Below, one piece after another: positions 23,777 to 35,539 of a stretch of 64,000 nucleotides of DNA; position 1 is the first letter of the stretch; every line of letters starts with the position of its first letter. A model generated the notes under the pieces. That model did not search any database, was not told the origin of the DNA, and saw nothing but the letters and a program-made list of their open reading frames with translations. This DNA is from Escherichia coli (GTDB lineage: Bacteria > Pseudomonadota > Gammaproteobacteria > Enterobacterales > Enterobacteriaceae). The translations under genes and the position numbers were made by a program. The DNA is taken from NCBI RefSeq assembly GCF_046105845.1, contig NZ_CP151004.1; one strand, given 5' to 3'.

Positions 23777-23890
23777 CCTGAAAGGACATGTTCACGAACG
23801 TGAATCACGGTGGACAAGGTTAAAACTAACCGGGCGATGCGTCAATGGCCTTGTGAATCAAATGGCTACTTTTGCATCACCCGGTTTTAT

Positions 23891-25144
23891 TTACGCACGA
23901 ATGGTGTAATCACCAATGCCGATCCACTTGTAAGTGGTCAGTGCTTCCAGCCCCATTGGGCCACGCGCGTGGAGTTTTTGTGTGCTTACCGCCACTTCCG
24001 CACCCAGACCAAACTGGCCGCCGTCGGTAAAACGCGTAGAGGCGTTAACGTAAACAGCGGACGAATCCACTTCGTTAACAAAACGCTGGGCGTTGCGCAT
24101 ATCGCGGGTCAGGATCGCATCGGAGTGTTGTGTGCCGTGTTCACGAATATGGGTGATGGCATCGTCAAGATCGCTGACGATTTTGACGTTCAAATCTAAT
24201 GACAGAAACTCATCGTCATACTCTTCCGCTTTCACAGCCACCACCTTCGCGGGGCCTGTCTGCAACTGCGCCAGCGCAGCTGCATCTGCGTGTAATGTCA
24301 CGCCGCTTTCCGCCATTTGTTTGCTTAATGCGGGCAGGAAGCTGTCGGCGATGTTTTTATTCACCAGCAACGTTTCAACCGTATTACATGTGCTCGGACG
24401 CTGGGTTTTCGCGTTGACGATTACTTTCAGGGCTTCAGCGATCTCTGCACTTTCATCAACATAAATATGGCATACGCCTATACCACCTGTGATCACCGGG
24501 ATCGTCGACTGTTCGCGGCACAGTTTATGCAGGCCAGCGCCACCACGCGGGATCAGCATGTCGATGTATTTATCCATACGCAGCATTTCACTGACCAGCA
24601 CACGGTCAGGATTATCAATCGCCTGCACGGCACCCGCCGGTAAGCCGCAGGATTTCAGGGCGTCCTGAATCACCGCCACCGTTGCAGCGTTAGTGCGACA
24701 CGTTTCTTTGCCGCCGCGCAGGATCACCGCGTTACCTGTTTTCAGGCACAGCGAAGCGACATCTACCGTCACGTTCGGGCGCGCTTCATAAATCACGCCA
24801 ATCACCCCCAGCGGCACGCGACGGCGCTCCAGACGCAGACCACTGTCCAGTACGCCGCCATCGATTACCTGCCCCACCGGATCGGCGAGATTACACACCT
24901 GACGCACATCGTCGGCGATGTCTTTCAGCCGTGCGGGCGTCAGTGCCAGACGGTCAAGCATCGCTTCGCTAAGGCCATTGGCACGCGCGTCAGCAACATC
25001 CTGGGCGTTAGCGTTGAGGATGATTTCGCTTTGTGCTTCCAGTTCATCGGCGATTTTTTCCAGCACACGATTTTTTTCGCGGCTGGAGAGTTGCGCTAAT
25101 TTATACGAGGCTTGCTTTGCGGCAATGCCCATTTGTTCCAGCAT
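23891..25144 (-). CDS. proA: gamma-glutamyl phosphate reductase
   Basis: 417 aa, aldehyde-dehydrogenase-like; conserved proBA operon. Confidence 0.9.
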   Translation of the reverse strand: MLEQMGIAAKQASYKLAQLSSREKNRVLEKIADELEAQSEIILNANAQDVADARANGLSEAMLDRLALTPARLKDIADDVRQVCNLADPVGQVIDGGVLDSGLRLERRRVPLGVIGVIYEARPNVTVDVASLCLKTGNAVILRGGKETCRTNAATVAVIQDALKSCGLPAGAVQAIDNPDRVLVSEMLRMDKYIDMLIPRGGAGLHKLCREQSTIPVITGGIGVCHIYVDESAEIAEALKVIVNAKTQRPSTCNTVETLLVNKNIADSFLPALSKQMAESGVTLHADAAALAQLQTGPAKVVAVKAEEYDDEFLSLDLNVKIVSDLDDAITHIREHGTQHSDAILTRDMRNAQRFVNEVDSSAVYVNASTRFTDGGQFGLGAEVAVSTQKLHARGPMGLEALTTYKWIGIGDYTIRA

Positions 25145-25155
25145 CGGCCAGCTCC

Positions 25156-26259
25156 TTAACGGGTAATCATGTCATCACGGTGAACGGCAACCGGGCCATA
25201 TTCATATCCCAGTATTGCATCAATTTCTTGCGAGTGGTGTCCGGCAATGCGGCGTAATGCATCGCTGTTGTAACGACTGACGCCGTGGGCGATATCGCGA
25301 CCTTCGAGGTTGCAAATGCGGATGACTTCACCACGCGAGAAATTGCCAGTCACGCTTTTAATACCTTTCGGCAACAGGGAGCTGCCGCGTTCAAGAATGG
25401 CGGCGGTTGCCCCTTCATCTACCGTGATTTCACCCGCAGGTGGTGCACCGAAAATCCAGCGTTTGCGGTTTTCAAGCGGAGTCGCCTGGGCATGGAACAA
25501 CGTACCGACGGAGATGCCTTCCATCACATCACCAATAACGCCCGGCTTGCTGCCCGCGGCAATAATGGTGTCGATACCCGCACGGCAAGCCACGTCTGCG
25601 GCCTGCAATTTGGTACTCATGCCGCCAGTTCCGAGGCCTGAAACGCTGTCGCCAGCAATCGCGCGCAGTGCGTCATCAATGCCGTAAACATCTTTAATCA
25701 GTTCTGCCTGCGGATTGCTGCGCGGGTCAGCGGTATACAAACCTTTTTGATCGGTCAGCAGCAACAGTTTATCGGCACCCGCCAGAATCGCCGCCAGCGC
25801 AGAAAGATTGTCGTTATCGCCGACCTTAATCTCTGCAGTAGCGACAGCATCGTTCTCATTGATTACCGGAACGATATTGTTATCGAGCAACGCACGCAGG
25901 GTGTCGCGGGCGTTCAGGAAGCGTTCACGGTCTTCCATATCAGCACGGGTCAGCAGCATTTGCCCGACGTGAATGCCATAAATAGAAAACAGCTGTTCCC
26001 ACAGTTGAATCAGTCGACTCTGCCCTACCGCCGCCAGCAGTTGTTTCGAGGCGATAGTCGCTGGCAGTTCCGGGTAACCCAGGTGCTCACGTCCGGCGGC
26101 GATCGCGCCCGACGTCACAATAACAATCCGATGCCCGGCGGCATGTAACTGCGCGCACTGGCGAACAAGTTCAACGATATGGGCACGGTTCAGACGGCGC
26201 GATCCGCCTGTTAGCACACTGGTGCCGAGTTTTACCACCAGCGTCTGGCTGTCACTCAT
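25156..26259 (-). CDS. proB: glutamate 5-kinase
   Basis: Start set at [16 protein letters not shown] (367 aa); amino-acid kinase plus PUA domain. The ORF track extends upstream to 26346. Confidence 0.9.
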
Positions 26260-26546
26260 GATTCTCTGCCATTCAATTTTAGGAAAAATGATATCAAACG
26301 AACGTTTTAGCAGGACTGTCGTCGGTTGCCAACCATCTGCGAGCAAAGCATGGTGTTTTGTTGCGCGGGATCAGCAAGCGTAGCGGCAGTTGTTTACGCT
26401 TTTATTACAGATTTAATAAATTACCACATTTTAAGAATATTATTAATCTGTAATATATCTTTAACAATCTCAGGTTAAAAACTTTCCTGTTTTCAACGGG
26501 ACTCTCCCGCTGAATATTCGCGCGTTAATTAAAATCAGGAATGAAA

Positions 26547-27602
26547 ATGAAAAAGAGCACTCTGGCATTAGTGGTGATGGGCATTGTGGCATCTGCATCC
26601 GTACAGGCCGCAGAAATATATAACAAAGACGGTAATAAACTGGATGTCTATGGCAAAGTTAAAGCCATGCATTATATGAGTGATAATGACAGTAAAGATG
26701 GCGACCAGAGTTATATCCGTTTTGGTTTTAAAGGCGAAACACAAATTAACGATCAATTGACCGGTTATGGCCGTTGGGAAGCAGAGTTTGCCGGTAATAA
26801 AGCGGAGAGTGATACTGCACAGCAAAAAACGCGTCTCGCTTTTGCCGGGTTGAAATATAAAGATTTGGGTTCTTTCGATTATGGTCGTAACCTGGGCGCG
26901 CTGTATGACGTGGAAGCCTGGACCGATATGTTCCCGGAATTTGGTGGCGACTCCTCGGCGCAGACCGACAACTTTATGACCAAACGCGCCAGCGGTCTGG
27001 CGACGTATCGGAACACCGACTTCTTCGGCGTTATCGATGGCCTGAACTTAACCCTGCAATATCAAGGGAAAAACGAAAACCGCGACGTTAAAAAGCAAAA
27101 CGGCGATGGCTTCGGCACGTCATTGACATATGACTTCGGCGGCAGCGATTTCGCCATCAGTGGGGCCTATACCAACTCCGATCGCACCAACGAGCAGAAC
27201 CTGCAAAGCCGTGGCACAGGCAAGCGTGCAGAAGCATGGGCAACAGGTCTGAAATACGATGCCAATAATATTTATCTGGCAACTTTCTATTCTGAAACAC
27301 GCAAAATGACGCCAATAACTGGCGGCTTTGCCAATAAGACACAGAACTTTGAAGCGGTCGCTCAATACCAGTTTGACTTTGGTCTGCGTCCATCCCTGGG
27401 TTATGTCTTATCGAAAGGGAAAGATATTGAAGGTATCGGTGATGAAGATCTGGTCAATTATATCGACGTCGGTGCTACATATTATTTCAACAAAAATATG
27501 TCAGCGTTTGTTGATTATAAAATCAACCAACTGGATAGCGATAATAAGCTGAACATCAATAATGATGATATTGTCGCGGTTGGCATGACCTATCAGTTTT
27601 AA
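26547..27602 (+). CDS. phoE: outer membrane phosphoporin
   Basis: Signal peptide [21 protein letters not shown], porin-like beta-strand composition, C-terminal F (...GMTYQF). Confidence 0.9.
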   Translation: MKKSTLALVVMGIVASASVQAAEIYNKDGNKLDVYGKVKAMHYMSDNDSKDGDQSYIRFGFKGETQINDQLTGYGRWEAEFAGNKAESDTAQQKTRLAFAGLKYKDLGSFDYGRNLGALYDVEAWTDMFPEFGGDSSAQTDNFMTKRASGLATYRNTDFFGVIDGLNLTLQYQGKNENRDVKKQNGDGFGTSLTYDFGGSDFAISGAYTNSDRTNEQNLQSRGTGKRAEAWATGLKYDANNIYLATFYSETRKMTPITGGFANKTQNFEAVAQYQFDFGLRPSLGYVLSKGKDIEGIGDEDLVNYIDVGATYYFNKNMSAFVDYKINQLDSDNKLNINNDDIVAVGMTYQF

Positions 27603-27610
27603 TGGATATT

Positions 27611-27631
27611 GCCGGATGTGATGCATCCGGC
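27611..27631. terminator. hairpin between convergent phoE and crl
   Basis: GCCGGATG-TGATGC-ATCCGGC inverted repeat immediately after the phoE stop. Confidence 0.5.
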
Positions 27632-27640
27632 ACATTTCAC

Positions 27641-28099
<459 letters not shown>

Positions 28100-29344
28100 T
28101 TAACACAAACGTTTTTCGATCCAGTCGGTGATTTCCTGAAGACCTTTGTCAAAATTCCGATACACCGGGTTAAATGGGATCTCTAATAATTTACCGTCAG
28201 CAGATGATGAGGTGATTAAGCGTGAGTCCTCTTCCGGGCTGAACGGATCGTTCTTCCAGTAGCCTGATAACATTGGCGTTGGGCAACGACGTCCCAGCAA
28301 TCCTTGCACTTTTAATGAATAACGATTCAGCTCCACGCGTAACGCTTCGTCGGAAGCATCATGCATCCCCAAACGACTCGCCAGAACGTCAAGATACATT
28401 TCCGGCACCTGTTGCTGGCACTTAAAATCACTCAACAGGGTATGAACTACCGGACCAAGACAGGCAACCGCTTTCAGACGCGGCGATTCAAGGTATGCCA
28501 GACGTACGGCAACGTTAGCGCCGAAACGGAAACCAAAGGCCGCGACGCGAGTGTGATCTACCCACGGTACGTTAGGCAGCGCCTTTAAGACGTGCTGATG
28601 CAACAGGCTGGAGTCCTGGGTGAGCTTCCATTTTGAAGAAAAGCCCACCGACGGCATATCAATAGTCAGCATCGCAATGCCGCGCGGCGCAAAATAACGT
28701 TCATACAGGCTGTAATAGTCCGTCTGCATCGCATCCAGACCACCACACATTAATACTGTCGGGAACGGGCCATCACCTTTCGGCATATGCAAAAAGCCGG
28801 TGATGGGCGCACCGCCGGGTACGGTAAACTCCATCTGCCGCATCGTGCCCGGCAGACGCTGAGCGGCCTCTTCATAGGCGCGGTTTGACAAAGCCTGCGC
28901 TTGCTCGGCCAGGTCATCTCCTTTCAGATGAGGATAGGCGGCAATGTTGTACAACGTAGCCGCATGCAGCCAGTGACGACCACTGAGTTGCGGATCTTCT
29001 TCCGCACAGGCTTTTTGTTGCCACACCATCGCCTGGGTGGCCCACTCATAAATCCAGTTGCCACCACGGTAGCCAATCACCGTATCGTATAAATCATCGT
29101 CGGTACGTTCGGCATCGCTCATCACAATACGCGCCTGGACGTCGAGGATTTCACGTGGGTCAATGCCGCGCCAGATCCACATCAAACGGTTAATCATGCG
29201 ATACCAGTGAGGGATGGTTTTACCATCAAGGGCCGACTGCACAGGCGGTTGTGCGCCGTGATTAAAGCGGCGAACTAGCGTCGAGGTTTCAGGATGTTTA
29301 AAGCGGGGTTTGAACAGGGTTTCGCTCAGGTTTGCCTGTGTCAT
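28100..29344 (-). CDS. frsA: fermentation/respiration switch protein (alpha/beta hydrolase esterase)
   Basis: 414 aa; hydrolase-fold motifs; neighbourhood. Confidence 0.9.
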
Positions 29345-29435
29345 GGATGCAGCCTCCAGAATACTTACTGGAAACTATTGTAACCTGCCTGAAGTTAAAA
29401 AGAACAACGCCCGGCAGTGCCAGGCGTTGAAAAGA

Positions 29436-29894
29436 TTAGCGACCGGAGATTGGCGGGACGAATACGACGCCCATATCCCACGGTTGTTCGATCCAGGTAT
29501 CTTGCGGGATATCAACAACATAATCATCAACCAGCGGACGACCAGCCGGTTTTGCGAAGATGGTGACAAAGTGCGCTTTTGGATACATTTCACGAATCGC
29601 AACCGCAGTGCCACCGGTATCCACCAGGTCATCAATAACGATGAAGCCTTCGCCATCGCCTTCTGCGCGTTTTAGCACTTTAAGCTCGCGCTGGTTGTCG
29701 TGATCATAGCTGGAAATACAAACGGTATCGACATGACGAATACCCAGTTCACGCGCCAGTAACGCACCCGGTACCAGACCGCCACGGCTTACGGCAATAA
29801 TGCCTTTCCATTGTTCAGAAGGCATCAGTCGGCTTGCGAGTTTACGTGCATGGATCTGCAACATGTCCCAGGTGACGATGTATTTTTCGCTCAT
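29436..29894 (-). CDS. gpt: xanthine-guanine phosphoribosyltransferase
   Basis: 152 aa; PRPP-binding motif ([12 protein letters not shown]). Confidence 0.9.
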
Positions 29895-30154
29895 GTGAAG
29901 TGTCCCAGCCTGTTTATCTACGGCTTAAAAAGTGTTCGAGGGGAAAATAGGTTGCGCGAGATTATAGAGATCTGGCGCACTAAAAACCAGTATTTCACAT
30001 GAGTCCGCGTCTTTTTACGCACTGCCTCTCCCTGACGCGGGATAAAGTGGTATTCTCAAACATATCTCGCAAGCCTGTCTTGTGTTGACAACATTTTCTG
30101 CTAACCCTGTGACCTGCAATACTGTTTTGCGGGTGATCGACAAGGAGACTTAAC

Positions 30155-31612
30155 GTGTCTGAACTGTCTCAATTATCTCCACAGCCGCTGTGGGATATTT
30201 TTGCCAAAATCTGTTCTATTCCTCACCCGTCCTATCATGAAGAGCAACTCGCTGAATACATTGTTGGTTGGGCAAAAGAGAAAGGTTTCCATGTCGAACG
30301 CGATCAGGTAGGTAATATCCTGATTCGTAAACCTGCTACCGCAGGTATGGAAAATCGTAAACCAGTCGTCTTGCAGGCCCACCTCGATATGGTGCCGCAG
30401 AAAAATAACGACACCGTGCATGACTTCACTAAAGATCCTATCCAGCCTTATATTGATGGCGAATGGGTTAAAGCGCGCGGCACCACGCTGGGTGCGGATA
30501 ACGGCATTGGTATGGCGTCTGCGCTGGCGGTTCTGGCTGACGAAAACGTGGTTCACGGCCCGCTGGAAGTGCTGCTGACCATGACCGAAGAAGCCGGTAT
30601 GGATGGTGCTTTTGGCTTACAGAGCAACTGGTTGCAGGCTGATATTCTGATTAACACCGACTCCGAAGAGGAAGGTGAAATCTACATGGGTTGCGCGGGG
30701 GGTATCGACTTCACCTCCAACCTGCATTTAGATCGTGAAGCGGTTCCCGCTGGTTTTGAAACCTTCAAGTTAACCTTAAAAGGTCTAAAAGGCGGTCACT
30801 CCGGCGGTGAAATCCACGTTGGCCTGGGTAATGCCAACAAACTGCTGGTGCGCTTCCTGGCGGGTCATGCGGAAGAGCTGGACCTGCGCCTTATCGATTT
30901 CAACGGTGGCACACTGCGTAACGCCATCCCGCGTGAAGCCTTTGCGACCATTGCTGTCGCAGCTGATAAAGTCGACGCCCTGAAATCTCTGGTGAATACC
31001 TATCAGGAGATCCTGAAAAACGAGCTGGCAGAGAAAGAGAAAAATCTGGCCTTGTTGCTGGACTCTGTAGCGAACGATAAAGCTGCTCTGATTGCGAAAT
31101 CTCGCGATACCTTTATTCGTCTGCTGAACGCCACCCCGAACGGTGTGATCCGCAACTCCGACGTGGCAAAAGGTGTGGTCGAAACCTCCCTGAACGTCGG
31201 TGTGGTGACCATGACTGACAATAACGTAGAAATTCACTGCCTGATCCGTTCTCTGATCGACAGCGGTAAAGACTACGTGGTGAGCATGCTGGATTCGCTG
31301 GGTAAACTGGCTGGCGCGAAAACCGAAGCGAAAGGCGCGTATCCAGGCTGGCAGCCGGACGCTAATTCTCCGGTGATGCATCTGGTACGTGAAACTTATC
31401 AGCGCCTGTTCAACAAGACGCCGAACATCCAGATTATCCACGCGGGCCTGGAATGTGGTCTGTTTAAAAAACCGTATCCGGAAATGGACATGGTTTCTAT
31501 CGGGCCAACCATCACCGGTCCGCACTCTCCGGATGAGCAGGTTCATATCGAAAGCGTTGGTCATTACTGGACACTGCTGACTGAACTGCTGAAAGAAATT
31601 CCGGCGAAGTAA
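30155..31612 (+). CDS. pepD: cytosol non-specific dipeptidase (aminoacyl-histidine dipeptidase, M20 family)
   Basis: 485 aa from a GTG start; M20 peptidase motifs (HLDMVPQ, MTEEAGMDGA). Confidence 0.9.
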   Translation: MSELSQLSPQPLWDIFAKICSIPHPSYHEEQLAEYIVGWAKEKGFHVERDQVGNILIRKPATAGMENRKPVVLQAHLDMVPQKNNDTVHDFTKDPIQPYIDGEWVKARGTTLGADNGIGMASALAVLADENVVHGPLEVLLTMTEEAGMDGAFGLQSNWLQADILINTDSEEEGEIYMGCAGGIDFTSNLHLDREAVPAGFETFKLTLKGLKGGHSGGEIHVGLGNANKLLVRFLAGHAEELDLRLIDFNGGTLRNAIPREAFATIAVAADKVDALKSLVNTYQEILKNELAEKEKNLALLLDSVANDKAALIAKSRDTFIRLLNATPNGVIRNSDVAKGVVETSLNVGVVTMTDNNVEIHCLIRSLIDSGKDYVVSMLDSLGKLAGAKTEAKGAYPGWQPDANSPVMHLVRETYQRLFNKTPNIQIIHAGLECGLFKKPYPEMDMVSIGPTITGPHSPDEQVHIESVGHYWTLLTELLKEIPAK

Positions 31613-31668
31613 TTATTTGATTTGCTGCCGGATGGCGTTTAATCGCCTTCCGGCAGTTTCATCCTTCA

Positions 31669-32223
31669 TTATCCTTCGATAAAAGCCATCCCTGTAAATG
31701 TCCGTCGCGGGTTGCCACGTTCAATTTGATGATGGAACATTCGCCACTGCGATTTCAGCGCCGCGCTATTTTCCTGTTGCTGTTGTTCCAGCTTCCAGGC
31801 AATCAGCAATCGCGCCAGCCGCTTGTTAGCATGCCCAGAAACCAGTTTTTGCGCCCATGATGAGGCCGATACGGACTCGGACAAATCCACTGAATAGTGC
31901 CGCACCAACTTTCGCTTAATGCCCATGCGTTATCGCCATCCAGAGAAATCAGCGCCGAACGCAGCGTGTCAGAGTAGCGGCCCGTTTCTGTTTCCAGCAC
32001 CGTTACCGCGACGTCTTGCCGGGTAAAAACGGCCTGCGGAGAAGAACGCTGCGCCAATCGGGTAGCCGCGTCCGGGGTGTAAATCTGGCATCCCTACTAC
32101 GCGCTGCATGTTGGGTAAATTTGCCGTGGTGTGTAATTGTTGGATCGCTAAACTCTCGATCCACAGGTCATCAGATGCGATGGTAAATACCGCATAGGAT
32201 AAGGGACGAATATATTTGCCCAT
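31669..32223 (-). pseudogene. prfH: rtcB-like/prfH (release-factor homolog) remnants, frameshifted
   Basis: Three overlapping minus-strand ORFs in different frames: 31969..32223 (RtcB-like N-terminus, ...[14 protein letters not shown]...), 31803..32057 and 31669..31926 (release-factor-like pieces). Needs at least one frameshift to join and lacks most of rtcB. Confidence 0.6.
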
Positions 32224-32467
32224 GTATCATTCCATTTATACTCGTCATACTTCAAGTTGCATGTACTGCGACTCGAATTATTTAGAGTATATAAATATAA
32301 AAATCAGGAAATGGCAGACGAATCCAGGGCAAGAAAAAAGAATTAATCCTGGAAAGGTCTGCAAAGAGTCATTGATAAAGGATTTGTCATGATTTACCTC
32401 CTTGCAGTTTGTGGAATAAGAAAACGCGCACATACCAGGCGGGTGTTATTTTCATTGCAAGCTGAAT

Positions 32468-32920
32468 TTAATGTTGCGGTTTATATCGCATAGAAAAATT
32501 AGTAAACCACGCTCCCCTGCATTCAACGCGCTGCTGCTTAACTGTCTGAAAACCATAACGTTCAAAAAAGGGTTTTGCGGTTATGCTGGCGTCCACCGTA
32601 AGTTCGGATTCAGACTTAATCAAAGGTTTTAACAAAGCGCTGGCAACCCCACAGCGGGTGTATTCAGGGTCAACAAATAACATATCGATATAGTGTTCAA
32701 TGCGGGAAATAAAACCAACCGATTGTGCATTAATGATCGCAACCCACACTTGTGATTTCGCGAATTTCTCCTTCCAGCGAGATTCGTCAATCTGCGCCCA
32801 GGCGGCAATTTGCTGCGGAGAATAGTGCTGACTGGCAGTCATCGTAACCGCTCGAAGGAAAATAGCGCATAGTTGCTGAAAATCGCCAGGCTGATAGTTT
32901 CTTATTTGTATGTTATTCAT
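32468..32920 (-). CDS. yafP: GNAT-family N-acetyltransferase
   Basis: 150 aa; last gene of the dinB-yafN-yafO-yafP cluster. Confidence 0.85.
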   Translation of the reverse strand: MNNIQIRNYQPGDFQQLCAIFLRAVTMTASQHYSPQQIAAWAQIDESRWKEKFAKSQVWVAIINAQSVGFISRIEHYIDMLFVDPEYTRCGVASALLKPLIKSESELTVDASITAKPFFERYGFQTVKQQRVECRGAWFTNFSMRYKPQH

Positions 32921-32929
32921 AATATAAAT

Positions 32930-33328
32930 TCAAAAACGCATGCGAAACGCTTCTGCCATTTTTCCAATTTTATGCATTTGGTTGTTATCTCGAGCCAGTT
33001 TATGAGGTTCAGGCTTCAGAATGGCAATGAGCAACCATGCTTGCTCATCAAACGCACCCTGACAATATACCAAATGCGCTTCGTCATTCGTTCTGCTGAA
33101 TTGGCGCAACTGTGGCGGAAATGGATTATTCACATTTGCCAGATGAATATGAGCAACTCGCTCAAATTTGATTAATGGCCAGGTAAACGAGTCGTCGTAG
33201 AGTGCATCGCGACCAAATATATCTGGCAAAACACCGTCACGCTTATAGGAAATAAAATCCGCCGTTAACGCATCAAGTTCCTCTGCTGTAAGTTGCAGGC
33301 GAATAAGTTTTGTTTTGAATACCCGCAT
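32930..33328 (-). CDS. yafO: ribosome-dependent mRNA interferase toxin YafO
   Basis: 132 aa immediately downstream of yafN; overlapping stop/start architecture. Confidence 0.85.
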   Translation of the reverse strand: MRVFKTKLIRLQLTAEELDALTADFISYKRDGVLPDIFGRDALYDDSFTWPLIKFERVAHIHLANVNNPFPPQLRQFSRTNDEAHLVYCQGAFDEQAWLLIAILKPEPHKLARDNNQMHKIGKMAEAFRMRF

Positions 33329-33330
33329 CC

Positions 33331-33624
33331 TTATTCCTTAAAGTCATTGAAATCATCATCCGTCATATCATTAAGATATTGTTCAGCGCGGCGTGTAATT
33401 TCCTCTAATCTTGCAGCACTTGGACGGAAGCGCGCCTTTATGGGCTTTTTCTCCTCTTGTTCAGCAAGCATGTCCATTAACGCTTCGAATGCGCTGGCAC
33501 TTAAGAGATATCCTGCGGGGCGATTATTAGAAAGAACCGCAACCGGTTGATCAATAAAGTATTTAGCTGGGTTTTTACGTAACTCAGTAATATTGACCGA
33601 TTTTTCAGCGAGAATTCGATGCAT
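33331..33624 (-). CDS. yafN: antitoxin YafN (Phd/YefM-like)
   Basis: 97 aa, acidic C-terminus; between dinB and yafO. Confidence 0.85.
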   Translation of the reverse strand: MHRILAEKSVNITELRKNPAKYFIDQPVAVLSNNRPAGYLLSASAFEALMDMLAEQEEKKPIKARFRPSAARLEEITRRAEQYLNDMTDDDFNDFKE

Positions 33625-33675
33625 ACAGTGATCCCCTCATAATAATGCACACCAGAATAGACATAATAGTATACA

Positions 33676-34731
33676 TCATAATCCCAGCACCAGTTGTCTT
33701 TCCATTTGCGGGTCAAGTAACGTCACATGCAGCCCCACCAGACGCACACCGCGCCCGCCACGGCGTTCATCCCAGGTTTTACGCGCAGTGGCGATCAAGT
33801 CAGCTTTATTCAGCCGTGGCCAGACGTGCTCCTGAGTAGTTTGCTGAAAATCATCAAACTTTAATTTCACCCCCTGGCGAGCAATCAGTAAATCAGGTTT
33901 AACCTTTGCCAGGCGGCGTTCAAGTTCCGGGTACAGCCGCTCGATAATCGCTTCACATTCAGACCAGTGATGAATATCTTCCGCCATCGTGCGTTCCACG
34001 CCGACGGATTTTCGCAACCGTTCGCTGTTAACGTCGCGCTCGTCAATCCCCTGACTACGCTCCCACAAAATGCGGCCAAATTTGCCAAAACGTTTGAGCA
34101 GAGTCACCAGATCACACTTTTGCACATCACCGCAGGTCCGCAGCCCCATCGCTTCCAGTTTTGCCGCCGAAACTTTGCCGACGCCGGGAATTTTTGCCAG
34201 CGGTAAGGTTTGCAGAAATGCCGGAACTTCTGCCGGAGTAATCACAAACTGACCGTTGGGTTTATTCATGTCGGAAGCAATTTTGGCGAGAAACTTTACC
34301 GGCGCAACGCCCGCAGATGCCGTCAGTTGCAGCTCGTTAAAGATCGTCTGACGGATTTCCTGGGCGATGAGGGTCGCGGAGCCGTGGCAATGCACACTAT
34401 CGGTGACGTCGAGATAGGCTTCATCCAGTGATAACGGTTCAATGCGCGAGGTGAAGCGCGAGAAAATTTCGCGGATATGATTTGAGGCTTCTTTGTAGGC
34501 GTCAAAGCGCCCTGGAAGCAGCGTGAGATGTGGGCATAATTTGAGTGCCATCCCTGTCGGCATAGCGCTACGTACGCCAAATTTACGCGCGGGATAATTG
34601 GCGGTGCTGATCACCCCCCGACGTTCGCGGCTGCCGCCAATAGCAATAGGGATATCGCGCAGGGCGGGATTGTCGCGCATCTCCACCGCTGCGAAAAAGC
34701 AGTCCATATCCACATGAATGATTTTACGCAT
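33676..34731 (-). CDS. dinB: DNA polymerase IV (Y-family translesion polymerase)
   Basis: 351 aa starting [33 protein letters not shown]...: canonical Y-family N-terminus. Confidence 0.9.
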   Translation of the reverse strand: MRKIIHVDMDCFFAAVEMRDNPALRDIPIAIGGSRERRGVISTANYPARKFGVRSAMPTGMALKLCPHLTLLPGRFDAYKEASNHIREIFSRFTSRIEPLSLDEAYLDVTDSVHCHGSATLIAQEIRQTIFNELQLTASAGVAPVKFLAKIASDMNKPNGQFVITPAEVPAFLQTLPLAKIPGVGKVSAAKLEAMGLRTCGDVQKCDLVTLLKRFGKFGRILWERSQGIDERDVNSERLRKSVGVERTMAEDIHHWSECEAIIERLYPELERRLAKVKPDLLIARQGVKLKFDDFQQTTQEHVWPRLNKADLIATARKTWDERRGGRGVRLVGLHVTLLDPQMERQLVLGL

Positions 34732-34745
34732 TGCTCACCTCTCAA

Positions 34746-34765
34746 CACTGGTAAAGTATACAGTG
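34746..34765. promoter_or_regulatory. LexA (SOS) box upstream of dinB
   Basis: CACTGGTAAAGTATACAGTG contains CTG-N10-CAG with an AT-rich core, 15-30 bp upstream of the dinB start. Confidence 0.7.
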
Positions 34766-34801
34766 ATTTCAGGGTTTGAGAAATGCGTAAAGATTCAGCA
34801 T

Positions 34802-35500
34802 CTAGCGCGTTCGCTGCGAATGCACCTGCTGCTTATCCAGCTTTTGCACCAGCGGCTGCACCACTTTATCCCCATGCTGACCAAAGTATTGATACAGCGT
34901 ATCGGACGCACTTTTGGTCAGCACCATAATCTCAATGCGTCGGTTGCCCGCGCTTTGCGGATTTTTCGCGTCCAGCAGCATCTGGTCCGCCATCGCGCTC
35001 ACCTGCATCACTTTATCTTCCGGCATTCCGGCCTCTTCCAGCACCCGACGAGCCGAAAGCGCGCGATCGCCCGAAAGGTTCCAGTTGTTGTAGATATTGT
35101 TTTTGTAGGCCATCGCATCGGTATGCCCGGTAATAATAATTTTGTTATCGAGCGAGTCGAACACTGGCGCGAGCTCCACCAGCAAAGTTTTAAAGAACGG
35201 CATAATCTGTGCGCTGCCGCGTTCAAACATATTGCGGTTCTGGTCATCTTTAATCAGCACGCGCAGTCCCTGGGGAACAATCTCCATCTCCAGATTCGCT
35301 TCCATATGTGCATCACGGGCAATGGTGTTGATACTGGTCGCCAGCTCGCCAAGCTCAGTAGCGGATTTCTTCTTCAGCAGCGCCGTTTTCTCATTGACGT
35401 CACGCGCTTTTTTCTCCGTCTCTTCCGGCACCGCCACGGTGGCAGGTTTTGGCGGATGAGACGGGCTGATTTTATTTAACGGCGACAACCCGCCGCCATT
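34802..35500 (-). pseudogene. lafU: lateral-flagellar MotB-like protein remnant (Flag-2 scar)
   Basis: C-terminal OmpA/MotB-like region (...IITGHTDAMAYKNNIYNNWNLSGDRALSARRVLEEAGMPEDKV...NRRIEIMVL...) with no N-terminal TM anchor; the 5' part of the annotated ORF is merely antisense to the lfhA fragment. 5' boundary approximate. Confidence 0.6.
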
Positions 35501-35539
35501 GAAAATCGACTGCCCGTGCAGCGCGGCGATAATGCTTTC

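Noticed and set aside
30785-31564. 259-aa ORF antisense to pepD
   Set aside because: Lies wholly within pepD on the opposite strand; His/Arg/Val-rich shadow frame.
34718-35479. 253-aa plus-strand ORF spanning the dinB start and the lafU remnant
   Set aside because: Antisense to both genes, His/Arg/Leu-rich low-complexity translation, crosses the dinB promoter and LexA box.
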